A stretch of DNA of 64,000 nucleotides. It comes from an uncultured Chloroflexia bacterium (GTDB lineage Bacteria; Chloroflexota; Dehalococcoidia; UBA2979). The notes below the pieces were generated by a model. That model was given only the letters and a program-made list of their open reading frames with translations. It was not told the DNA's origin and ran no database searches. The DNA lies in assembly GCA_963728205.1 (NCBI GenBank), contig CAVSIV010000006.1:830831-894830 (forward strand). Direction: 5' to 3'. Made by a program: the position numbers and the translations under genes. This document shows positions 23,728-32,189 of this stretch, one piece after another. Every line of letters starts with the position of its first letter. Within the stretch, counting starts at the first letter, position 1.

Positions 23728-26172
23728 TCAGGCCGGTTCCGAGCTCACGACGCGCTCGGCGAACAGCGCGTCAATCGCGCGGGCGTCGTAACCGAGCTCT
23801 CCGAGCAGCGCGCGGGTGTGCTCGCCCGCGAGCACGCCCGGGCCGAGACGCAGCGCGCTCTCCGAGAAGTGGGTGAGCCCGCCATGGCGCAGGTAGGGGC
23901 CCCAGCGGGTGTGCTCGGCGGGTGACACGAACCCGTTCTCGCGGGCGTGGTCGCTCTCGAGGAAGAACTCCGCGGGCGTCGCGGCGTCCGCGCGGACGCA
24001 CGCCACGCCGGCTGTCGCGAGCACGCGCTCCCACTCGTCCGCCGGGCAGCCCGCGAAAGCGCCGGTGAGCGCCTCGACCAGATCGGCGTCGTGCCGGCGA
24101 CGCGCGTCCGCGTCGCGAAAGCGGGGATCCTCGGCGAGACCGCGATCTCCCAGGGCACGCGTCAGGGCGGTCCAGTCCGCGGGCTCGGGGCAGGCGAGGA
24201 AGAGCCAGGTGTCGTCGCGCGCGGGATACAGCCGGTAGAGGGCGTGCAGACCGCGCAAGCCCGCGTCGGGAGCGGGGCGCGGCGGCTTGCCCTCGTACCA
24301 GACGAAGTCGTCGCTGTTCGCGTAGGCGTTGGCGCTCATCATGTTGCACTGCACGTGCTGCCCGGTGCCCTGGGTCGCGCGGACGTACAGCGCGAGCAGC
24401 ACGGCGCTGGCGATGACGAGCGACGTGTTCGGGTCCGGGTTGACCTCGTTCGCTCGCATCAGCTGCCGCGCGGTCTCGCGCAGCTCTTCGACGTCGTCGG
24501 AGACACGCAAGGCCGCCGCCCCACCCGCCTGCATGTAGGCGCCGCCCAGGGATGCGCCGGGCACGGGGTGGGCGTTCGGCCGGTGCGCGTACGGCCCGTC
24601 GGAGCCGTACCCGGTCGCCGAGACGTACACGATGTCGGGGCGCACGGCGCGCGCCTGCTCGTACCCGATGCCGAGGCGCTCGGGGACGCCCGGGCGGAAG
24701 TTGTGCACGAGCACGTCGGCGCGCGCCATGAGCGCACGGGCGATCGCGCGACCGCGCGGGTCCTTGAGGTCGAGGCAGAGGCTCTCCTTGCTGGCGGTGG
24801 TCTTCGTCGCACCGACGCCGCTGAGCATGCCGCGCATCGGGTCCCCGTCGATGCTCTCGACCTTGATCACGCGTGCGCCGAGATCGCCGAGGATCGAGCA
24901 GGCGTAGGGCGTCGCGATGATCGTCGCGAACTCGAGAACCGTGATCCCGCGCAGGGGCGCCTCCCCGGGTGCGCGGAGCGGCGGCGTGTCCGGCGGGACG
25001 TGCTCCACGCGCGGTCGCCAGTTCGCGTCCTGGTGCTCGCCGGGATCGGGGATCGTGAGCGCGGGCCTGGCCGGGGTGCGCGACATGTGCGCGAGCGGGC
25101 CGATCTGCTGCATGCGGCCGAACCGGCGCGTCTGCACCTCGATCACGTCACCGTTGTGCACGAGTTGCGGGTGGGAGAGAGCCGACTGCGTGTCGCCGAA
25201 CCGCTCCGCCGCCACGTTCCCGTCGGCGATGAAGTCGGCCATCCAGTCGTCCGCCGGTCGCTCGCGCACCCGGCGCAGGATGCGGTCCCGCAGCTCCTCG
25301 CGCGCGGCCTCGGAGTAGGCGTTCGGCGGGACCTGGTAGCGCGAGTCTGCGTAGATCTCGTCGAGGCCGGCGACGCGGATGAAGGAGTGGAAGAGGTGCT
25401 CGACGAGGTTGCCGAGCTGGATCCACGTGCCGTCGGCGGCAAGCACCGGGTGGTACTGCAGGGTCGGCATCCGCCCGAACTGCTCGTTCGGATCCGTGGG
25501 GAATGCCTCGGGGCGGCTGCGACGGAGCTGGAGCGTGAGCAGGCCGCCGAGGTCGTACGGCATCATGCCCTGGAGCAGGCTCGTCTCGACGTGTTGCCCG
25601 CTGCCGGTCGACCGGCGGACGAGCAGCGCGGCGACGATGCCCTGCAGCGCCGCCTGGGCGGCGACGTGCTGCCCAACGGGCACGTACGCGTAGACGGGGC
25701 CCGGCCGGGAAAGCTGCCCGGCGAAGGTCATCATGCGCCCCGCCTTCGCCGCGACGATTCCCTCGTGTCCGCGGTACTCGGCGAGGGGGCCGTGCGCGCC
25801 GAAGCCGGTGATGGCGCACGAGATCAGCCGCGCGTTGAGCGCAGCCAGCGACTCGCGATCGACGCCGAGCCGGCGGGCCGACGACGGGCGGCCCGAGAAG
25901 ACCAGGACATCCGCGTCGGCGGCGAGCGCATGGAGGCGCTCCCGGCCGTCCGCGGCACCGAGATCCAGCACGAGGCTGCGCGTCCCGCGGAGCCACATCG
26001 GCGCCGCCGGCTGACGCCGCAGCGGTTCGCCGCCCGGCCGCTCGATCGTGAGGACGTCCGCGCCGAAGTCGGCGAGCACCATCCCGGCGACGGCCGCGGG
26101 TGGGCGCGGCGACACGTTGAGCACCCGGAGGCCGTCGAGCGCCGGAGCGACGGCCCCGTCGGCGGGGGTCAC
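23728..26172 (-). CDS. tandem-fused family III (CaiB/BaiF) CoA-transferase, two domains in one polypeptide
   Basis: 814 aa from GTG 26170-26172 (GTGA overlap with the permease stop). Domain 1 contains LDGLRVLNVS ... VLADFGADVLTIERPGG. Domain 2 contains LRGITVLEFATIIATPYACSILGDLGARVIKVE. Both have the full CoA-transferase III length. Confidence 0.85.
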   Translation of the reverse strand: MTPADGAVAPALDGLRVLNVSPRPPAAVAGMVLADFGADVLTIERPGGEPLRRQPAAPMWLRGTRSLVLDLGAADGRERLHALAADADVLVFSGRPSSARRLGVDRESLAALNARLISCAITGFGAHGPLAEYRGHEGIVAAKAGRMMTFAGQLSRPGPVYAYVPVGQHVAAQAALQGIVAALLVRRSTGSGQHVETSLLQGMMPYDLGGLLTLQLRRSRPEAFPTDPNEQFGRMPTLQYHPVLAADGTWIQLGNLVEHLFHSFIRVAGLDEIYADSRYQVPPNAYSEAAREELRDRILRRVRERPADDWMADFIADGNVAAERFGDTQSALSHPQLVHNGDVIEVQTRRFGRMQQIGPLAHMSRTPARPALTIPDPGEHQDANWRPRVEHVPPDTPPLRAPGEAPLRGITVLEFATIIATPYACSILGDLGARVIKVESIDGDPMRGMLSGVGATKTTASKESLCLDLKDPRGRAIARALMARADVLVHNFRPGVPERLGIGYEQARAVRPDIVYVSATGYGSDGPYAHRPNAHPVPGASLGGAYMQAGGAAALRVSDDVEELRETARQLMRANEVNPDPNTSLVIASAVLLALYVRATQGTGQHVQCNMMSANAYANSDDFVWYEGKPPRPAPDAGLRGLHALYRLYPARDDTWLFLACPEPADWTALTRALGDRGLAEDPRFRDADARRRHDADLVEALTGAFAGCPADEWERVLATAGVACVRADAATPAEFFLESDHARENGFVSPAEHTRWGPYLRHGGLTHFSESALRLGPGVLAGEHTRALLGELGYDARAIDALFAERVVSSEPA

Positions 26173-27083
26173 GAGCTCCCCCGCAGGCGCGGGTCGAGGA
26201 CGTCGCGCAGCGCGTCGCCGAACATGTTGACGCCGAAGACCACAAGCGCCAGGGCGATGGTCGGAGCAACCAGCATCCACGGTGCGGCGAACATGTAGGC
26301 CCGGCCGTCCGCCGCGACCATCCCGCCCCACGAGGGGGTGGGCGGCGGCACGCCGTAGCCGAGGAAGCTGAGCGACGCCTCCGCGAGGATCACGCCGCTG
26401 AAGCCGATCGAGGCCATGATGATCGCGGTCGGCATGATGTTCGGGAGCAGATGGCGGAAGAGGATCCGCACGTGCCCGGCGCCGATCGCGCTGGCCGACT
26501 CGACGTAGGTGCTGTTGAGGATGGACATGGTCGCGCCGCGCATCACGCGGCTCTCGACGATCATGCGGCGGACCGACAGCGCGATGATGACGTTCAGGAG
26601 GCTGGGCCCCAGGACGACCATGATTGCGATCAGCATGATCAGGTACGGGATCGCCTGGACGGTGTCGACCAGGCGCTGGACGAAGTAGTCCACCCATCCA
26701 CCGAAGTACGCGCTCGCCATGCCGATGGCGATCTCGGGAATCATCGCGAAGACGGTCACCGCGACGCCGACCTCGAGCGAGGTGCGCGCGCCGAAGATCA
26801 CGCGGCTGAGGATGTCGCGGCCGAACTGATCGGTCCCCGCCAGGTGGCTGGCCGAGGGACCGACCAGTGCGGCGGTGGAATCGGTCGCGAGGGCTCCATA
26901 CGGAGCGATCACGTTCGCCAGCGCAGCCGTCAACACGAGTGCGACGAACACGATGGCGCCGAAGGCGCCGAGCGGCTTGTGCCGCGTGAACCGCCAGGCG
27001 CGCCGCCAGGCGGACGAAAGCGGCGTGCGCGCGCCGGGCAGCGCCGGCCCGCGCATCGCTTCCGTGGAGACTGAGGCGGTCAT
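26169..27083 (-). CDS. ABC transporter permease (DppC/OppC-like)
   Basis: 304 aa from ATG 27081-27083; an upstream ATG at 27143 is possible. It has the EAA-type loop SAIGAGHVRILFRHLLPN and six predicted TM helices. Confidence 0.88.
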   Translation of the reverse strand: MTASVSTEAMRGPALPGARTPLSSAWRRAWRFTRHKPLGAFGAIVFVALVLTAALANVIAPYGALATDSTAALVGPSASHLAGTDQFGRDILSRVIFGARTSLEVGVAVTVFAMIPEIAIGMASAYFGGWVDYFVQRLVDTVQAIPYLIMLIAIMVVLGPSLLNVIIALSVRRMIVESRVMRGATMSILNSTYVESASAIGAGHVRILFRHLLPNIMPTAIIMASIGFSGVILAEASLSFLGYGVPPPTPSWGGMVAADGRAYMFAAPWMLVAPTIALALVVFGVNMFGDALRDVLDPRLRGSS

Positions 27084-27117
27084 CGCACGCGTCCGTTCCC
27101 CGGCCGGTCGGCTGGAC

Positions 27118-28071
27118 CTATGAGTAGCGAATTCGCGGATCAAGCCAACCGTAGGAGAGGTCGATCAGGAGATTGATCACCATCACGAAGAAGCCCACGA
27201 TCACCACGACCCCCTGCACGATCGGGTAGTCCCGGTTGCCCAGCGCGCTCAGGAGCAGGCGTCCCACGCCCGGAATGGCGAAGACGGCCTCGATGATCAC
27301 CGAGCCGCCGATCAAGAACGCCACCTGCAGGCCCATCAGCGTGACGACCGGGATCAGCGCGTTCTTCATCGCGTGACGCAGGATCACCTGCTCGCCGCGC
27401 ATGCCCTTCGCCCGCGCGGTCCGGATGTAGTCCTCGCGCAACACGTCGAGCATCGTCGTCCTCATCAACCGCATGATGGTCGCGGACAACGCAAGGCCGA
27501 GCACGATCGCCGGCAGGAGAATGATCTTGATGTTCGCAAAGGGGTCCTCGGTGATCCCCACGTAGTGCAGACTCGGTGCCCACCCCCACCAGATCGCGGG
27601 AAACACGACGACGAAGGTCGCGACGGCAAACGTCGGCACGCTGATCCCCAGGATCGCGATGCTGCGGGATATGTAGTCGAGCGGTGTGTCCTGGTAGACG
27701 GCCGAGATCGTGCCGACCAGCACGCCAAACAGTGCGCCGACGATGATCGCGACGATTCCGATCTCGATCGTGGCGCCGGCGCGCTGGAGGATCATGGAAC
27801 CGACCGCCTGGTGGGTCCAGAGCGAGTGGCCGAAATCGCCGTGGAGCACGCCGCCGACGTAGTGCAGATAGCGGACGATCAGCGGTTGATCGAGCCCGAG
27901 CTGATGCTCGAGCAGGCGACGGCTCTGGTCGTCACGTCCGCCGAAGTTCGCCTCCAGCATCAGATCGACGATGTCGCCCGGGATGAGCCGGACGAGCAGG
28001 ACGACGGAGAACAGCAGCAGGAGGACCGTCGGAACGAGCCCAACGATGCGCCGCGCCGCGTACTTGGCCAT
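27118..28071 (-). CDS. ABC transporter permease (DppB/OppB-like)
   Basis: 317 aa from ATG 28069-28071 (RBS GAGGGGAAG). MAKYAARRIVGLVPTVLLL ... DYIRTARAKGMRGEQVILRHAMKNALIPVVT. Confidence 0.9.
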   Translation of the reverse strand: MAKYAARRIVGLVPTVLLLLFSVVLLVRLIPGDIVDLMLEANFGGRDDQSRRLLEHQLGLDQPLIVRYLHYVGGVLHGDFGHSLWTHQAVGSMILQRAGATIEIGIVAIIVGALFGVLVGTISAVYQDTPLDYISRSIAILGISVPTFAVATFVVVFPAIWWGWAPSLHYVGITEDPFANIKIILLPAIVLGLALSATIMRLMRTTMLDVLREDYIRTARAKGMRGEQVILRHAMKNALIPVVTLMGLQVAFLIGGSVIIEAVFAIPGVGRLLLSALGNRDYPIVQGVVVIVGFFVMVINLLIDLSYGWLDPRIRYS

Positions 28072-28133
28072 CGGACTTCCCCTCGGCACGCCACCCGGAC
28101 GCCGGGAGGCTAGCGATCCTCACCCCGCACGTA

Positions 28134-28149
28134 AATTACCTATGTAATT
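28134..28149. promoter_or_regulatory. AT-rich palindrome AATTAC-CTAT-GTAATT in the divergent ABC promoter region
   Basis: This is the only strongly AT-rich stretch in the 175-nt region between the divergent starts at 28071 and 28246. The half-sites are a perfect 6-4-6 inverted repeat. Confidence 0.5.
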
Positions 28150-28245
28150 GAAGTCTGGTTGCCGGCCCTCCATCGTTGCGGCTCGGGCGCCGTCCGCACG
28201 ATCGCTGGATGCCGCCCGTCGACGCCTCACGGATGGAGGGATGTC

Positions 28246-30063
28246 ATGCCAGAGGGGAGCTACTGGAAGCGGGCGAGGTTCAGCCGGCGCTCCGCGTTGC
28301 GTTATGCGACGGTCGGTGCCGGCGGGCTGCTGGGTGCCGCGCTCGTGGGGTGTGGCGGCGGCTCGAGCGCCTCGCCGACGGCCGGCACCGGCGGAGCCGG
28401 CGCGACGCAGGCAAGCGGCGGCACGAGCACCGGCGGCGGTGGAGGTGTGCCCAAGGACGTGAAGCGGGCCCCGGGCGCCGATCCAAAATTCGGCGACACG
28501 CCCGTCAACGCCAAGGACGTCAAGCAGGGCGGAACGTACACCTTCTACAAGACCGACACGACGCGCCAGCAGGACCCGGATATCTCGATCGCCGGGTCCG
28601 ATCACGAGTTTCTCAACGACCGGCTGTTCTACGCGAACGGCTTCACCATGGAGCTGACGCCGGATCTCCTGGCGTCGTACGAGCCGAAGAGCCCGCTCGA
28701 GACGATCCTGCACCTCCGGCCGGGCGTGAAGACGATCGCGCGCGCGCCGGTGAACGGCCGCGTCTTCACCGCCGAGGACGTCGCGTACAGCATCAACCGC
28801 AAGGCCGGCATTCTCGATCCCAAGGCGGCGGAGAAGTACGCGCGGCGGAGCCAGTTCGAGGGGCTCACCAAGGCCGAGGCCGTGGACGACGTCACCGTCC
28901 GCCTGGTGATGGAGAAGCCGAACGGAGCGCTGCTGGCCGCCTTCGCCGATCCGCGCGCGCAGATGATCCCGAAGGAGCAGGACTCCATCGGCTACTCGGA
29001 CCCGGTGAAGTTCGTCGGCACCGGCGCATGGATTGAGACGGACTTCGTCCAGGGCAACAAGCAGGTGTTCAAGGCGAATCCGGACTACTACCGGAAGTGG
29101 GACGAAGGGGGGAAGCCGGGCATCGACTCGGTCGAGATCATCGTGATCGGCGACCGGTCCTCGGCCCTCGCCGCGTTCATCAGCGGGCAGCTGAGCACCC
29201 TCGCCGGCGTGCAGCCGCACGAGGAGCCGCAGATCAAGGCGTCGCGTAAAGACGCACAGTGGTTCACGCAGCCGAGTTCCACGTGGGATCACTGGGCGGT
29301 GAACCTGAAGAACCCGCTCTTCCAGGACGACCGCGTCCGCCAGGCGATGCAGTTGTCCATCGACTACAAGGCGCTCGGCGACGGCGCGGGCCCCGGGTGG
29401 CTCTACAGCGGCCCGCTGCACAGCATGTTCCCCGAAGCCCTCACCTCCGACGAGGTGAAGGCGCTTCCCGGGTACAACCCGGACACGAAGGAGAAGGACC
29501 AGGCCGACGCGGCGAAGCTGATGGCCGCCGCCGGCTTCCCCGATGGCGCGGGCATGAAGTTCAACACGATCATGACGCAGTCCGCGGGACGAACGTTCGA
29601 CAACGGGGTCCGGATCAAAGACACGTGGTCCAAGGTGTTCCCGAAGCTCGAGATGCAGCTGACGCCCGTGACCGACTACGGGTCGTTCACGAACCTGCTC
29701 AACACCAAGCAGTTCGAGACGCGGAGCTACAACCACACCATGGTGCCCAATGCGACGCTCGATGGGCGCACGTACTACTACTCAACGGGAGGCCGCAACT
29801 ACCAGTCGTTCAACAAGCCATGGGCGGATGAAGCGCTCGACAAGATGATGCAGGCGCAGACGATGGAAGAGCGCAAGCAGGTGATTCGACCGTTCCAGTT
29901 GCAGTACATCAAGGAGGGGCCGCCGCTGCTCCAGTTGTACGTTCCGCATGACGTCAACGTGTTCCAGGCGAACTTCGCCGGCATGGACCTCGTTGCGGGC
30001 ACCTGGGCGTACGGCCTGCAGACGTACGGAGTCGGCGAGCGCTGGTACTGGCAGACCGCCTGA
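28246..30063 (+). CDS. ABC transporter substrate-binding lipoprotein (family 5, peptide/nickel/opine type)
   Basis: 605 aa from ATG 28246 (RBS GGAGGG). It has a twin-arginine plus lipobox signal (RFSRRSALRYATVGAGGLLGAALVGC) and an SBP_bac_5-like body. Confidence 0.9.
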   Translation: MPEGSYWKRARFSRRSALRYATVGAGGLLGAALVGCGGGSSASPTAGTGGAGATQASGGTSTGGGGGVPKDVKRAPGADPKFGDTPVNAKDVKQGGTYTFYKTDTTRQQDPDISIAGSDHEFLNDRLFYANGFTMELTPDLLASYEPKSPLETILHLRPGVKTIARAPVNGRVFTAEDVAYSINRKAGILDPKAAEKYARRSQFEGLTKAEAVDDVTVRLVMEKPNGALLAAFADPRAQMIPKEQDSIGYSDPVKFVGTGAWIETDFVQGNKQVFKANPDYYRKWDEGGKPGIDSVEIIVIGDRSSALAAFISGQLSTLAGVQPHEEPQIKASRKDAQWFTQPSSTWDHWAVNLKNPLFQDDRVRQAMQLSIDYKALGDGAGPGWLYSGPLHSMFPEALTSDEVKALPGYNPDTKEKDQADAAKLMAAAGFPDGAGMKFNTIMTQSAGRTFDNGVRIKDTWSKVFPKLEMQLTPVTDYGSFTNLLNTKQFETRSYNHTMVPNATLDGRTYYYSTGGRNYQSFNKPWADEALDKMMQAQTMEERKQVIRPFQLQYIKEGPPLLQLYVPHDVNVFQANFAGMDLVAGTWAYGLQTYGVGERWYWQTA

Positions 30064-30086
30064 GCGGCGCGATTCCAGTTCGACAC

Positions 30087-30120
30087 GAGCGAGCCGCGGA
30101 GCACCTTCCGCGGCTCGCTC
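30087..30120 (+). terminator. intrinsic-terminator-like hairpin after the SBP gene
   Basis: Perfect 13-bp stem GAGCGAGCCGCGG / CCGCGGCTCGCTC with an 8-nt loop, followed by GTTGTT, 24 nt after the stop codon. Confidence 0.7.
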
Positions 30121-30331
30121 GTTGTTCGGCACCGCAGCCGCGGCCGCACTGTCGCCTCGTGCGTGTCTCGCCGCTGCTGCACAGGTGGACTCACCCGATC
30201 GTCCGGATCGTCCGGGCGATCGCGTCCGGACCACACCCTCGCGTTGATGCCACGAACACACTTGTAGTTACAGCCGCCGCCGGCGTCGCTACCCTCCGCC
30301 TGGGCCGGGTGAGCGGGAGGGGGAGGGGCCC

Positions 30332-30586
30332 GTGTCGTCGCTACACCCGTTGCAATCGCGCTCGAGCTTCGGGGCGTGGATTCGCCGCTCGAGGCAGGAG
30401 TTGGGCTGGACGCAGGAGGAGCTCGCGTGGTGGTCGCACGTCGCGCAGGCATCGATCTCCAACTACGAGACCGGGCGGCACGACATCCCGCTGTCGATCT
30501 GGATCGACATGTGCCGGGCGCTCGGTAAGCGGCCCGACCTGGTGCTCGGAAGCCTCCTCGAGGCGGACGATTCGGCCGCGGGCTGA
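30332..30586 (+). CDS. XRE-family HTH transcriptional regulator
   Basis: 84 aa, GTG start. FGAWIRRSRQELGWTQEELAWWSHVAQASISNYETGRHDIP is a Cro/C1-type HTH. Confidence 0.75.
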   Translation: MSSLHPLQSRSSFGAWIRRSRQELGWTQEELAWWSHVAQASISNYETGRHDIPLSIWIDMCRALGKRPDLVLGSLLEADDSAAG

Positions 30587-30701
30587 GCCCGACCGCGGGC
30601 TGACCACGGGCCTTCGCCCGGCCGCGCGGCGCACCTGTCGCCGTCGACACGGATGGGCCGCGCGCCGGACGGCGCGCGGCCGTTCGCTTACATTTCCTCC
30701 C

Positions 30702-31985
30702 ATGGACAACGTCAGCCGCTATCCCCTCGACGCGCTGGCCGCGCAGGTCGGCACGCCCTTCTACCTCTACGACCTTGGCATCCTCCACGCGCGCATGGGC
30801 GACGTCGCGGCGACGACCGCGGGCGCCCGCCTGCAGGCCCGCTATGCGATGAAGGCGAACTCCGCGCGCGTCGTGCTCGACGCCGCGCGCGAGGCGGGGC
30901 TGTGGATCGACGCGGTCAGCGGCAACGAGGTGGAGCGCGCGCTCCGCGCCGGCTTCGCCGCCGGCCACGAGCCGCCGACGATCATGTACACGGCCGACGT
31001 CTTCCGCGACAACGCGCTCGCGACCATCGTGGAGGACGGCATCCTGCCGAACGTCGGCTCGCCCGGGATGGTGCGCCAGCTGCACGACGCCGGGTACGCC
31101 GGCCCGATCGCGCTGCGCGTGAACCCCGGCTTCGGGCACGGGCACGTCGCCGCGTGCGACACCGGCGGCCCGTCGTCCAAGCACGGCATCTGGCTCGACG
31201 CAGTGGGCGACGTCGCGGACGACGCCCGGCGCGCCGGCTTCCCCGTCGTCGCGCTGCACGCGCACGTCGGCACCGGTCCCGAGATCGCGGAGTTCGACCA
31301 CAACATGCGGCGGCTCGTCGACGTCTTCGCCGAGCTGCTGCCGCGCTTCCCGGACGCGGCGTCGGTGAACCTCGGCGGCGGCATCCCGCACGCGTACCGT
31401 CGCGAGGGCGCGACCTTCGACATGGCCGGCTATCGCGGCCTGCTGCTCGAGGCGGCGTCGACGCTGGCGGAATCGTCGGGGCGGCCGGTGCGCATGGAGA
31501 TCGAGCCGGGACGCTACCCCGTCGCCGGCATGGGCCTCCTCGTCGCGCGCGTGACCGACGTGAAGGACACGCAGGCGAACGAGCGCGGGCCGGGACATCG
31601 GTTCGTGATGGTCGACGCCGGCTTCAACGACCTGATCCGCCCGGCGATGTACGGCTCGTACCACGAGATCTCGATCGTCGGGCGGGGCGCGGGGCGCGCG
31701 CCGGAGCCGCTCGTCGTCGCCGGGCCGCTGTGCGAGAGCGGCGACGTCTTCACGCGCGACGACCACGAGCTGCTCGCGCCGCGCCGGCTGCCGCGGCCGG
31801 AGCCGGGCGACCTGCTGGTGCTGCACGACGCCGGCGCGTACGGCGCGGCGATGGCGTCGAACTACGTCTCGATGGGGCGCGCGCCGCAGGTGGCGTGGGA
31901 CGACGGGCGCGCGACGCTGGTTACGCGTCGCGAAACGCTCGACGACATCCTGCGGCTGGAGACGTCGGAGCCCGTGCGCGTGTAG
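30702..31985 (+). CDS. lysA: PLP-dependent decarboxylase, diaminopimelate decarboxylase-like
   Basis: 427 aa. YAMKANSARVVL (PLP lysine), HAHVGTG, GGGIP and the GPLCESGDVF motif match the Orn/DAP/Arg decarboxylase family 2. Confidence 0.85.
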   Translation: MDNVSRYPLDALAAQVGTPFYLYDLGILHARMGDVAATTAGARLQARYAMKANSARVVLDAAREAGLWIDAVSGNEVERALRAGFAAGHEPPTIMYTADVFRDNALATIVEDGILPNVGSPGMVRQLHDAGYAGPIALRVNPGFGHGHVAACDTGGPSSKHGIWLDAVGDVADDARRAGFPVVALHAHVGTGPEIAEFDHNMRRLVDVFAELLPRFPDAASVNLGGGIPHAYRREGATFDMAGYRGLLLEAASTLAESSGRPVRMEIEPGRYPVAGMGLLVARVTDVKDTQANERGPGHRFVMVDAGFNDLIRPAMYGSYHEISIVGRGAGRAPEPLVVAGPLCESGDVFTRDDHELLAPRRLPRPEPGDLLVLHDAGAYGAAMASNYVSMGRAPQVAWDDGRATLVTRRETLDDILRLETSEPVRV

Positions 31986-32031
31986 CGAGGTTCGCCCGCC
32001 TCGGCCTCCGCGAGCGCAGGATTGGGCGCGC

Positions 32032-32070
32032 CGCCCGCAGGGGTGCCATGGCGCAGCGGCCCTGCGGGCG
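32032..32070 (+). terminator. hairpin downstream of lysA
   Basis: 11-bp stem CGCCCGCAGGG / CCCTGCGGGCG with a 17-nt loop and no U tract. Confidence 0.4.
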
Positions 32071-32189
32071 CACGGCAGCGGTTCGCCCACGACGCGTCAC
32101 CAGAGTCATCGCAGTTTCGTAACAGTTGCCCTGGTAGCTGAGACAACAGTCTCACGCACAGGTCACCGGTCAGGTCTGACCCTGCTCCG

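Noticed and set aside
30244-30275. TTGATG ... TAGTTA as a promoter for the XRE regulator gene.
   Set aside because: The spacer is 15 nt and both hexamers are poor, so this is not distinguishable from chance.
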